DNA of 64,000 nt from the NCBI RefSeq assembly GCF_018977255.1, contig NW_024704742.1, forward strand, positions 58,096,001 to 58,160,000. Direction: 5' to 3'. Made by a program: the position numbers and the translations under genes. Position 1 is the stretch's first letter. Every line of letters begins with the position of its first letter. Below, piece by piece: positions 12,334-24,900 of this stretch. The notes beneath the pieces were generated by a model. That model did no database searches. It worked only from the letters and a program-made list of their open reading frames with translations, and was not told the origin of the DNA. Source of the DNA: Callorhinchus milii (lineage: Eukaryota).

Positions 12334-15129
12334 TGTCCCTGGTGTTTGCTGTGTGCAGGGAGTTCAGTGAATGAGCTCACAGATCAACTGTGGCCACCGA
12401 CCCCTCCCCTCTCCCCCACAAGGAATCTGGATCCCCTGTCCAGCAGTGCTGTGAGTGCTTTCTCACTGAATGAACATTGTGTGGAAAATGGACGATCTAT
12501 TCCGAGGGCATTATTCTAGGAGTGGAAGGGGACCTGGATATAATCCAAGGAGTTTCTGACTCTGCCTTGAATCCAGTGTGAGCCCCTGGACTGCCTCTGT
12601 TTACACCCTCACGTTGGTGTCAAAGATTCATCCCCACTTTTGTGAACTGTGAGAAAGGCATCAGCTTTGGTTAAAAGTCAGGATCGCTCGAATTTACAGG
12701 AATAAACGGATCATCGACCTGTGAGTGCAACTCCTCACTGCTTTGCAAAGTTACTGGATTGTATTTTTTTTTAAAAAAAACAGCGGATCAAATAATTAGG
12801 AAAGTCTCCACACGTTAGTGACCCAACTCTCTAACGCTCTTCAATCTGGGCTTCTGGATCCACAAGTGGCTTTTTGCAGATTGCTGAGTTATTTTTTTTG
12901 TACGTTGGCTCCTGCACTGCTCTCAGTCTGTGCCAGGCTGCAGGTCGGTATGCCTTGTACTCCAGCATGTGAACAAACTGGCTGGAGCTGTTCAGAAATA
13001 AGTTAACCAGTTCAGCGTGTTAGTGATGCTCGATTCAACAACACGTTGCATTGATTCAACAACCACATTGCATTTTTTTTGTCATATTTTTTTGTTATAT
13101 ATTTTGTCATCCACAGAAATGAATTATGCACCGGAAGTATTCCAAAGGATATGGCATTTTCAGGGAACGGTTATGAGCTCCATTCTGCTCCAGAAGCATC
13201 AGCCTGCAGGCTAGACAGGCCGTCTGTTTTGTGAACACTATTTTTTCTGTACATATTTCTAGCATTGACTCTGATTCACAGTGTCAAAAAGGATCAGAGC
13301 AGAGGTACTCATGTGATTCTGGTAATAAGCTTAGTGTTATCTCTGACTGGCTTTCCAAGGCTCTGGAGTTCAAAAACTCCTCACAATTTTGTTTTCTTAC
13401 AGTAAGACCAACAGTTGGTGTCTGAACAATTTCGTCACTCAATTCCCACCCTGAAATCTCTTGCAGTTAGCCATGAGCCATATTTTGTGTCATCTTAAAT
13501 GTTGATATTATGCCTCCCTTACACCCATGTCCAGATCATTTATATACATTCAGAAGCTCCTATCACGAACCGCTGGGGGATACCACGGTTTACATCTCTC
13601 CAATCTGAAAAATAGTAATATTCAGCTCCTAGTCCTGCCGGGATATAGCTCAGACAATACTATCATATTCTCCTCCTTATAAAATTGCGGATTCACTTTT
13701 TGTTTGTGGGCAATTGCTGTGGCAGATGGGCTGCTGAGTTCACCTTCAAGTACACAGTCACTACTTTATGGTAAATGTTGTAAAGCGCTTTGAGATGTCC
13801 TCCTGACATTTGTCTATATCAAGTGCAAGTCTATTATCATACACCCGCCCCCCACCCCCTCACTGGAATTACACATTTTCAATATTATTTTACTTACTTC
13901 CAAGCAAATATTTCGATCCACCACCACCATGTCTGTGGTTATTTTGGAAGAAATAAATTGTGAAATACACAGTAAGTTTCATATGATCCAGTATTTCTTG
14001 ACATTTAACTGATCTGAGTTCTGATTAAAACTAATTCATAAATCAAGGTAATAAAAAATACTATCGGAAAAATTTTTTGTGTGGAAAAAATGACTTCCAA
14101 TTTGGCTAGTCCACATAACTAGCCCTGAACGATCCCACAGTAACATTGAATTTAGAGCAAGCATCCTTTCTATTTTAAATCTGCAAATCCCTGGTTTTAT
14201 ATATCCTGCTGAGTTTGGTTCCTGAAATCAAAGCTGAGCAGCATCTGTGTTGCTGCTGCTCATAATTCAATGTCCAGACATTGCTGCATAAAAATGACTG
14301 AAGGTCAATTCTTTGTATCCCTACTGAGCTCTGACAAGACACAGTAAGTTGGTGCAAGTCGGATTCACTGATTTACAGTGTGAGGGGAGTGGATGAGAAG
14401 GGGCAGTATGCAAAAGCTTCACTGAGGTGAGCTGGATCCTGCACTTACTGCCCGTCTACATCAGTGACGGTGGAACCGTGTTGAGAGGCACTGAAGTGTG
14501 TTTACGAAGGATGGCACCTTCAGATGAGATATCTGCCTATTCAGGAGACGTTAATGATCTCATGGTACTATTTGAAAGGAGAAGGGAGTTTCTCCTGGTG
14601 CCTTGATCAACACACTGTGTTTGCCAGCAAAAATACAGACACATTTTAAAGTCCTGTGAAGCACTTTTAAACATCCTCCCAACACTGTGTCAAATGCAAT
14701 GATTATTAATTATTATAATTCACCTTCACATCTGGAATGACTCCAAATTCTGAGCTAGAGATCATCATATTGTTCTGCAGATACTTCTAATTTTTTGTGT
14801 CTACAGTTTGAAGCAAAAAACATCTTAGGACTGTCTTGGCTAGAGGCAGACACCACCCTTTCACCCCCAAAATCAATATGTCCTCCTCGCTAATTGCTCT
14901 CTTGGGACAAAGTGAGTGTGTGAAGAGAGGGGGAGAATAACTTTTCAAGGTGTGAAAAACTGAATGTGAGAGAGGGGGAAGCACGAGTTTGAAGGTTTGT
15001 AAAAGTGTGAGAGAGGGAAGAATACAAAGTGTTTAAAAGTGAGTGTGAGAGGGGAGATGAATATGAAATATATGAAAAGTTACTGTGCATCAAACTAGCA
15101 CAACAAAAATGAGCAGCTGAAGACACTCT

Positions 15130-15820
15130 GCAAGGAGCCACTGCCATCTTATGATCACTCCACCTCACTGAGCCAGTCAGGAACCTTGACATCTTGTTTG
15201 ACCCTCAGCTGTCCTTTCCCCCTCACATCCGTGCCATGACCCGCTATGCCTTCCTCCACCTCATCACCAAAAATCCACCACTGCCTCACCCCAAAACCCT
15301 CATTCATGCATTCACCACATCAAGGCTCAACTACGCCAACTCCCTCCTTGTCGGTCTTCTCAACTCTTCCCTCCACAAGCTGCAGATCATCCAGAACTCT
15401 GCAGCTCATGCCCTCTCCCACACCAGCCTCCATGACCCTATCACCCCCACCCTCTCCCGGCTCCACTGACCCTCTATTCCTCAGGAGTTAAAAATCCTCA
15501 TTCTCACCTCCAAAACCCTCAGTGGCCTTTCCCCTTCCTAACTATGTGACCTGCTAACCCCATATCAACCTGTCCACTCCCTCTGTTCAGCAGGCTCTGG
15601 CCTGCCCCAGACTGCCCCACCATTGGCAGTCGGGAATTAAGCCACTCGGTCCCCACCCTTTGGAACTCCATTTCACATTCCCTTTGCCTCGCTCCCTTCC
15701 TTGCCTCCTTCAAGGTACATCTCAAGACCCGCCTCTTCAACCATGCCTTCGGCCACCCTCCTACTCTCGCTTATCCCAACCCCCACCACCCAGTTTGGGT
15801 CCAAATCCCTGATTGTCCAG
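15130..15820 (+). mobile_element. L2 LINE 3' fragment
   Basis: ORF 15194 (LIHAFTTSRLNYANSLL...LQIIQNSAA). Confidence 0.85.
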
Positions 15821-16769
15821 CATAAATATGAAAATATTTCATAGAACTATGGAAATTTATGGCACAAAAAGCAATTTGATTCATCATGTCCACACTGGCC
15901 ATTTGGCTCACCTTGTGGTCAGGCTGACTCTTATGATGTTTAATTTCAGTTCTGCCTTCAATTATATAACTCTAATCGATTAAATAATAATCCTTCCATT
16001 TGATATAGTGCCTCTCATGTCAGGGGCATGTCTCAAAGTATATCATAGGATACACTGTAAAATGTAGTGACTATCATTTGTGGGCAAACAATTTTCACAG
16101 CAATGTTCCACAAACACTCATATCCCACCAACAACCAGATCGTTTTGGGGTGGAAAATGCTATCCAAGACATTCTTCTCTTTTCGTAGTGCCATGGGATC
16201 TTTAACATCTACCTGAACAGGCAAACAGGAATTTAGTTTAACATCTCATCCCAATGCACCTTTATCTGTGAAAGAAAAAATGAATCACTCCAAGGTGTTT
16301 AATTATTTTTGTTGTGGTTTCAGTTGTAAAACCAAGAATAATTGACAACATCACCTTGGTGAAGAAGTGCTGAACAGGAACAGTGGAACTTCAACGAGTG
16401 TAATCTTCAGGAAATGGGAGTGAAGTGGGAAAATATTTAAAAAGTCAATTATGCAATCAACATTTTTCAGAAAAGGTCATTCAATCCCAGTTAAACATCT
16501 TTTGTTCCCCTTAATATTTTGCATCTACATTTTTTTCAAACATCTGCAGTTAAAAGTTTGTCCATGGTGGGGTTAAAAGTATGATATTTGCACACTGGAA
16601 TTTGCTGTGCTTATAGTGTCTTCTGGTTTACGACTGTCAATTTGTTAAAAACACATTTAAATTAAGAATAGTATACGTATAGACACATGTCTATAAATGC
16701 ACTTATTTTCGGTTTCCTATTGTTTATTTGTTACTATATTTGAAACTGTGCACTTCTCAGGAAATGAAC

Positions 16770-16844
16770 TGCACTAAAGATAGATACTGTAACAGTGCAC
16801 TAAAGATAGGTACTGTACCAGTGCATTAAAGATAGATACTGTAC
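16770..16844. repeat. 26-bp tandem repeat, about 3 copies
   Basis: Unit TGCACTAAAGATAGATACTGTAACAG. Confidence 0.8.
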
Positions 16845-16959
16845 TTCCATGTAAACTTCAGACTGTCCATCACCTTGACACGTCCTCTGGATGTGAACAA
16901 TGATATATATTATACATGTGTGTATGTAAATTTGCATTGTAATTTACTATATGTATAGT

Positions 16960-17100
16960 AATAAGGTTCCTACTTACTGCTAGGTAAACAGAGGCGTGAG
17001 GAGTAAGGAAATTTGCCCAATGTATCACTCTGCCCAGGAATTGAACCCAGGTCCTCTCGCTTACGAGGTGAGTGCGCTAACCACTCTGCCATAGGACTCC
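16960..17100 (-). mobile_element. tRNA-derived SINE, 5' part
   Basis: Reverse complement of the GGAGTCCT...TGGTTAG...GGTTCAATTCC head. Confidence 0.75.
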
Positions 17101-17239
17101 ACATTGGAATTGATAGTCCAGAAGAACAGGATGGTTACAACAATTTGAAGGCTCCTGCGAAAAGTTAGGAAGCTTCTAGAAAGTCATGAAGCTTGAAAAG
17201 TTTAATACCTAGCTTTGCAGCATTGGCTTTTAATCATAA

Positions 17240-17563
17240 TAATAATAATAATAATCCTTGCATTTGATATAGCGCTTTTCATGTCGGGAGGACGTCCCAA
17301 AGCGCTTCACAGAACACACTGTAAAGTGAATTGACTGTATATTTGTGGGCGAACGCGGCAGCCAATTGCGCACAGCAATGTCCCACAAACAGTCGTAAGT
17401 TGAAAATGACCAATTTATTATTGTTTTTGGTTTTGGAGGGATTATTATTAGGGCTCTGTGTGGGGTAAGGAAACTTGCCCAAGGTTTCGCCCTGTGCCTG
17501 GAATTGAACTCAGGTCTCTCACTTGCAAAGCGAGTGCTCTAACCACTGAGCTACAGGACTCCA
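17240..17563 (-). mobile_element. tRNA-headed SINE with L2-like 3' tail
   Basis: A box TAGCTCAGTGG, B box GAGTTCAATTCC, tail ...GCGCTATATCAAATGCAAGG(ATT)n. Confidence 0.88.
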
Positions 17564-18177
17564 TTTTGATACTATGCAATTACTGTGGGCTATAATTAGA
17601 AAGGACTTTGGAAGAAGCAGCCATAATACGGGTTCAAGGTCATCCTTTCTATGGAGAACAGTTCAACATTAACTCAACTTCAAAGGAAGTTTTAAAGAAT
17701 GAGGAGGGAATAAGTGGCTGCAATGGATCAGATTGCTGGAAGAACACAAGCAAAACAGAATTACTTCAAAAATACACAAATAAGATACACAAAAATACAC
17801 AATTTATAGTACATAATTCCCAGCGATCACATATTCCCTTGAGGAATAAAAATACCACTCTAACAGTGGTTCAATCATGGCTAACAAGAGCAATTAGGGA
17901 AAGCATAAAATTAAGAGACCTATAATACTGCCAAAAAGAGCAGTAAAACCGAGGATTGGGAGGGCTTCGGAGACCAACAAAAAAAAATCGAAGAAACTAA
18001 TTAGGAGGGAGAAAATGGATTATGAGGGCAAACTAGCGAGGAACATAAAGACAGACTGCAAGAGTTTTAGCATAGGTATAAATAGATCAGGGAAATTAAT
18101 GTGTGGCTGAAAGTGTGGTGTGAGAAATGTGGGAGTAGTCACAGACTTCCAGAGAGTTGTGATGTAGTGGGGAAATG

Positions 18178-21100
18178 TATACTGAATACAAAGCACCACA
18201 GAGCAGAAGGCAGTGCAAGCAGGGGAGGAGCAGAATAGAAACATTGTAGTTATAGGGGATGAAATAATTAAGGGGATCGAGGGTATCCTCTGCAGTCGAG
18301 ATCAAGAGTCCAGGAGAGTGTATTGTCTTCTCAGTGCCAGGGTAAGGGATAGTTCAAAGCAGTTGGAAAGGAACTTGGAAAAGGAGGGGAAAAAAACAGT
18401 TGTTATCCATGCGGGAATTAATGATATAGGAAAGAGCAAGAAGGAGGTCCTGCTAAGGGAGTATAAAGAGCTAGGGATTAAATTAAAAAACAGGACCTCA
18501 AAGGTAGTAATCTCCGGATTGCTACCTGAGCCACGTACAAATTGGCATAGGGATAATTAGATCAGGGAAATTAATGTGTGGCTGAAAGTGTGGTGTGAGA
18601 AGGAGGGATTCCATTTCATGGGACACTGGCACCAGTACTGGGACAGGAATGAGCTGTACTGCTGGGATGGGCTGCACCTGAACAGGGTTGGGACCAAGGT
18701 ACTAGCAAAATGGACAAATATGACAGTAGAAAAAGCTTTAAACCAGTAAGGGGAGGTGGGGGGGGAGGTGGAGGGGCAGGTCAGGTGGAAACCAAAATAT
18801 AGGCAAAGCGAGGATGAGAGCAACGGTCAGAATACAAATAGTGATAAAGATAACGTAAATACTCAGGAAAGAAAAAGGCAAAAGGTGTAAATAACAAGTC
18901 AAAAAGTTTGAGAAGAACATCGTCAGGGCACATAGGCAAATATTCCAGACTCTAAGATCTTTAGAAAAGACAGGGTCATTGGGAAAGGAGGTGGAGCAGC
19001 AATATTCATAAAAGACACTGTTACAGCAGAGGAAAGGAAAGCTTTCAATAAGGACGAACAGGTAGTGGAAACACTGTTTAGAATTAAGAAACAGCAAAGG
19101 AGGTAAAATTCTGTTGGGAGTAGTCTACAGACTTCCAGAGAGTTGTGATGTAGTGGGGAAATGTATAAATCGGAGATCAGGGAAGCAAGTAGCAAAAGCA
19201 ATGTGGTTATAATGAGAGATTTTAATTTTCACATAACTGGGAGAAGCAGGACACCTCCGGGTAGTAAAGGCAACACATTTCTAGAATGTATTCAGGATAG
19301 TTTTTTGGAGCAATATGCTTTAGTGGAGGGAACAAGCCATACTGGATTTGGTGATGAGTAATGAGCCAGAACTAGTTAACAATTTGACAGTAAAGGAACA
19401 TCTTGCAAAAAGTGATCATAATATGATTGAATTGACATTGGGTCTGAGAAGGAAAAGGGAGAATCCCAAACCAAGGTTTTAAATTTAAGGAAGGCAAACT
19501 GCGATGGGATGAGAAATGTATTGACCACAGTAAACTGAGCTGAACTGTTAGTGGGTAAATCTGCAGATGAACAATGGGAGTATTCAAAAAAGTATTTGAT
19601 GCAATACATAACAAATACATACCCCTAAAATGCAAAAGCTCCAATCATATAGTTAAGCAACCACGGTGGACAAAAGAAGTTAAAAACTGTATCAAGCTAA
19701 ACGAAAAGGCTTACTCAAATGCAAGAAAAAGTGGGAATGCAGAGGACCGGGAGAATTACAAAAGGCAACAAATGGATACAAAGAATGTAATAAGAGGAGC
19801 AAAAAGGGAGTATGAAAAAAAACTTGCAAGGGATATTAAAACCAATAGTAAATGCTTTTAATCAATAAATATATTAAAAGAAAGTGAAAGGTCAAGGGGA
19901 ATGTGGCTCCATTAGAGTTGAGACTATAATAGAAGTGGCTGACTTATTAAATAAGTACTCTGCTACCATTTAAGGAAATGGCTGACTTGTTAAATAAATA
20001 CTTTGTTACCATTTTTACAGTAGAGGTTGAGGACAAAATATCAGCTCTTCAGGGGAATCTAAAAATACGTCAAAGGGAAATGCTTAATAAAATTAATATA
20101 AATAAAACAATGGCAATGGAGAAAGTAATGGGACTCAAGATAGACAATTCTCCAGGACCTGATAGTTTCCACCCCAGGGTGTTAAAGGAAATAGGAGAGG
20201 AAATTGTTGATGCATTCAGCATAATTTTCCAAAGCTCACTAGATTTGGGAATTATGCCTTAAGGTTGAAAAATTGTGAATGTCACTCCTTTATTTTTACA
20301 ACAACAACAATAAGATTCCATTTATAGAGCGCCTTTCACGTCGGGAGGACGTCCCAACGCGCTGTACAGTTGGGTCAGGACCCGAGCATTGGGGGGAAAT
20401 GGTGAGGGGAGGGAAGGGAGGGAGCGAGGAGGGGGGAAATGGTCAGGGTGAGGGGAGGGAAGGGAGGGAGCGAGGAGGGGGTAGAGAGTCGAGAGAGGAG
20501 CTGAAGGCTCATTCAAAGAGAAAGGTCTTGAGACCGGCCTTGAAGGAGGAAAGGGAGGAGGCGGCGAAGGCACTGGGGGATAGAGTTCCAGAGCGTAGGG
20601 GCTGAGAGGCTGAAGGCCCGGCCACCGATAGTAGGGCGGTTGGGGCGGGGGACGTGGAGCAGACCGGAGCCAGAGGAACGGAGGGTACGGGCAGGTAGGT
20701 AGTGGGATAATAGGTCGGAGAGGTAGGAGGGAACAAGGCCGTGAATGGCCTTGTAGGTGAGAATGAGGATCTTGAAATTGATCCTCTGGGAGGGAGGGAG
20801 AAACCAGGAAACTATAGATCTGTCAGATTAATATCAGTTGCAGGGAAAATACTGGAATCCATCATCAGGAACAGAGTAACTGAACACTTGGACAGGTATG
20901 AGCTAGCCAAAGAGAGTCAGCATGGGTTTGTGAAGGGTAGGTCGTGTCTGACTAATCTAGTTAAACTTTTTGAGGAGGTCATTAAAATGGTGGCTAAGAG
21001 AGTGTCTGTTGATGTTGTTTATATGGACTTTCAGAAGGCATTTGATAAGGTTCCACACAAAAGATTATCAGTGAAGATGGAAGCACATGGAGTCGGAGGT

Positions 21101-21620
21101 AACCTTTTGACGTGGCTTGGAAATTGTTTGGGAGGCAGGAAACAGAAAGTAGGGATAAAGAAAACGTTCTCTGATTGGCGGGACATGACAAGTGGTGACT
21201 CCTAGGGATCTGTACTGGGACCCCAGCTATTCACCATACATATAAATGACTTGGATGAAGGAATAGAAAGTTTTATACCCAAGTTTGCAGGAGGCTCAGT
21301 AAGTTGTGTAGATGGGAGTAGGAAGTTACAAAGGGACTTGGACAGATTAAGTGAGTGGGCAAAGCTGTGGCAGATGGAGTTCAATGTAGAGAAATATGAG
21401 GTCATCCATGGACCAGAAAAAGATAAAGCAGAATATTTTCTTAATGGGGAGAAATTAAGAACTGTGGAGGAGCAAAGAGGTTTGGATGTCCATATCCACA
21501 TATCACTAAAAACTAGTTCCCAGGTGCAAATAGTGATCAAAAAGGCGAATGGAATGTTAGCCGTTATCTCACAGGGCCTCGAATACAAAGGGGAAGAAAT
21601 GAGGCTTCAGCTGTACAGGA
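18178..21620 (+). mobile_element. CR1 LINE (mirror of 7415-10861), with an L2 inserted at 20297-20790 (-)
   Basis: ORFs 18213, 19978, 20741 and 21251. Confidence 0.88.
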
Positions 21621-21630
21621 GACGGAGGAT

Positions 21631-21898
21631 GGAGCTGTGCCAGAGTGGGGCGGAGCTGGGCCAGAGCGGGGCGGGGCTGGGCCAGAGCAGGACTGGAGCT
21701 GGGCCAGAGCGGGGCGGAGCTGGGACAGAGCGGGTCGGAGCTGGGACAGAGCGGGGCGGAGCTGGGACAGAGCGGGGCGGAGCTGGGACAGAGCGGGGCG
21801 GAGCTGGGACAGAGCGGGGCGGAGCTGGGCCGGAGCGGGGCGGAGCTGGGACAGAGCGGGGCGGAGCTGGGACAGAGCAGGGCGGAGAGGCGGAGCTG
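21631..21898. repeat. GC-rich 20-bp minisatellite (~13 units)
   Basis: Unit approximately GGAGCTGGGACAGAGCGGGG; counterpart of 7241-7400. Confidence 0.9.
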
Positions 21899-21919
21899 TA
21901 AAAGAAATACAAGCAACAT

Positions 21920-24900
21920 CAGCAAGTGTCTGCAACTGAAGAAGCTCCGCTGAGCAGAGGAGAATCTGAGGTGCAGACATTGCGCAGTATTAGGGAAAGG
22001 GAGAGCTTCATGGACAGTTTCATCCAGGAGCCAGTCACTCCCCTAAGGCTCAGGGAACGTATAGATTATGTTATTAGTCAGGGACAGGACAGAGTAACTG
22101 ATAGTCAGGCAGGTAAGGGGATCCCAGAGAGAGAGGCGGAGAAGCCCCAGCCTTTAACCTTGGCCAACAAGTACGAGATACTTGCAACCTGTGTGGACAA
22201 GGAATCCTGTGAGGAGGGTGGGCAAACTGACTCCAACACCTCTATACAGGAGGCCACACAAGTGGGGAGAAATAGGCGGAATTTAATTGTAATTGGGGAC
22301 GAGACAGTCAGGAGGACAGACACACTTCTCTGCAGGCGCAACCAGGAGACACAATGGCTCTGTTGCCTTCCTGGGGCCAGGGTGAAGGAAGTGTCTCTTC
22401 AGGGCTGGAGAAGAATCTGAGGCAGGAGGAGGAAGATCTAATTGTGGTAATCCACATAGGCACCAATGACATAGGTAGTACTAGTAGGGACGACTTGAGG
22501 AGTGAGTTCAAGGAATTGGGAATGACATTAAAAAGGAGAACTTACAAGGAATAATATCGGGATTACTGCCTGAGCCATGTGCAAATTGGTACAGGCACAA
22601 ACAAATTAAAGAACTAAATGCGTGGCTGAAAGAGTGGTGCGGAGGGCAGAGGTTTCATTTTATGAGCCACTCGCACCAGTATTGGGAGGAAAGGGAACTA
22701 TTCCATAGAGATGGGCTCCACCTAAACTGGGCTGGGGTCAATGTCCTGGCAAAATGAATAAATAGGGAGGTAGGCAGAGCTTTAAACTACTAAGGGGGGT
22801 GGAGGGAAAGCTACAACTACAGTTAGATGTAAACCGGCAAAACTAAGAACGATGAAGGTGGTAGAGCAGATTAATGAGGGAGATAAACAGTGTGTCAAGG
22901 AGGGACAAGAAGCTCACAAAAGAAAATAGGACATTAGTGAGTAGGGGAAAAAGCAAGAAGTGGAAATTAAAGGCGCTATATCTGAATGCTCGAAGCATTC
23001 GTAATAGGATAGACAAATTAATGGCACAAATAGAAACAAACGGGTATGATCTAGTAGGCATTACTGTGACATGGTTACAGGGAGATCAAGGGTGGGAGCT
23101 AAATATTCCGGGGTATTCAGCATATAGGAAATATAGGCAATGTGGAAAACGAGGTGGGGGGCTTTGTCCTGCTAATAAAGGATGGGTGGAATCAGGAAAT
23201 ATCCTAGATCTTGTTTTGTGTAATGAAATAGGGTTAATGAGCAATCTGGAAGTCAAGGCTCCTCTGGGGCAGAGTGACTATAACATGATGGAATTTAGCA
23301 TCAAGTTAGAGAGCGATGTAGTTAAGTCTGAAGCAAAGGTCTTAAATTGAAATAGAGCCAACTTTTCAGATATGAGAGAAGATTTAGCTAAAATAGACTG
23401 GGGAATTAGATTAAAGGATATGACAGTAGACCAGCAATGGTGAATCTTTAAAGATATAGTACATAATTCCCAGCGATTGAGGAATAAAAATATCACGGGA
23501 AAAGTGGTTCAATCATGGCTAACAAGAGCAGTTAGGGAAAGTATAAAATTAAAAGAGACCTATAGTACTCCCAAAAATAGCAGTAAACCCGAGGATTGGG
23601 AGGGCTTCAGAGACCAACAAAGAAAAACTAAGAAAATGATTAGGAGGGAGAAAATGGATTATGAGGGCAAACTAGCGAGGAACATAAAGACAGACTGCAA
23701 GAGTTTTTACAAATACATAAAGATGAAGAGACTAGCAAACGTGAATGTGAATCCATTACAGGCAGAGACAGGAGGAATTATAATGGGGGACAAAGATATG
23801 GCATTAAACAAATACTTTGCTGCTGTCTTCACATTAGAAGACATGGAAAACTTACCAAAAATAGAGGGGATCCAAAAAGCTAATGTTAGTGAGCAACTTC
23901 GGGAAATTAACATCAGTAAAGAATTAGTACGAGAGAAACTGTTGGAATTGAAAAATGACAAATCCCCTGGACCTGATGGCCTACATCATAGGGTTTTAAA
24001 TGGCTGCTGAGATAGTGGATACCTCATTTTTGATCTTCCAAAATTCTCTGGATTCTGGAACGGTTCCCATTGATTGTAAGATCGTAAACGTAACACCACT
24101 ATTTAAGAAGGGTGGGAGAGAGAAGGTGAGGAGCCATAGATAACAACAACAACAACAACAAGATTACATTTGTACTGCGCCTTTCACATTCCCAAGGCGC
24201 TGGACAGTGTACAGCATTTCAGACCCAAGATGGGGTCAGGGGGGTAGAACGGGGGGGAGGGGAAGGGGGGTGGCTGATGACAAGGTGAAAGAGGAGGGTT
24301 TTGAAGCGAGACTTGAAGGAGGCTAAGGAGGTGGAGAGGAAGAGTGATGCGGGGATGGAGTTCCAGAGGTTGGGGGCAGAGTGACTGAAAACTCTCCCGC
24401 CAATGGTGGGGCAGGTGGGCCAGGGGACGTGGAGCAGGCTGGAGACGGCTGAGCGGAGGGAGCAGGCGGGTTGGTAGGGGGTTAGGAGGTTGCAGAGGTA
24501 GGGTGGGGTGAGGCCATGGAGAACTTTGTAGGTGAGGACCATGACCTTGAACTGAATCCTCTGAAGGGTAGGGAGCCAGTGGAGTTGGGTAAGGATGAGG
24601 GAGATGGGGTCACAGAGTTTGGTGCGGGAGAGGACATGGGCTGCAGAGATCTGGATTATCTGCAGCCTGTGGAGGGAGGAGTTGGGAAGGCCAACAAGCA
24701 GGGCGTTTGCATAGTCGGACCTGGAGGTGATGAAGGCATGAACAAGAGTTTCAGTGGCCTGAGGGGTGAGGTAGTGGCAGAGTCAGGCAATATTACGGAG
24801 GTGAGGGAAGGCAGAGTGGATCATGGCTTGGATGTGGGGAAGAAAAGACAGTTGAGGGTTGAACCTAGGTTCCTGACTGGCTTGGTGAGTTGTAGTGAGA

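Noticed and set aside
21631..21898. Regular repeat array that could be mistaken for CRISPR
   Set aside because: Tandem units with no unique spacers, in a vertebrate context with no cas genes.
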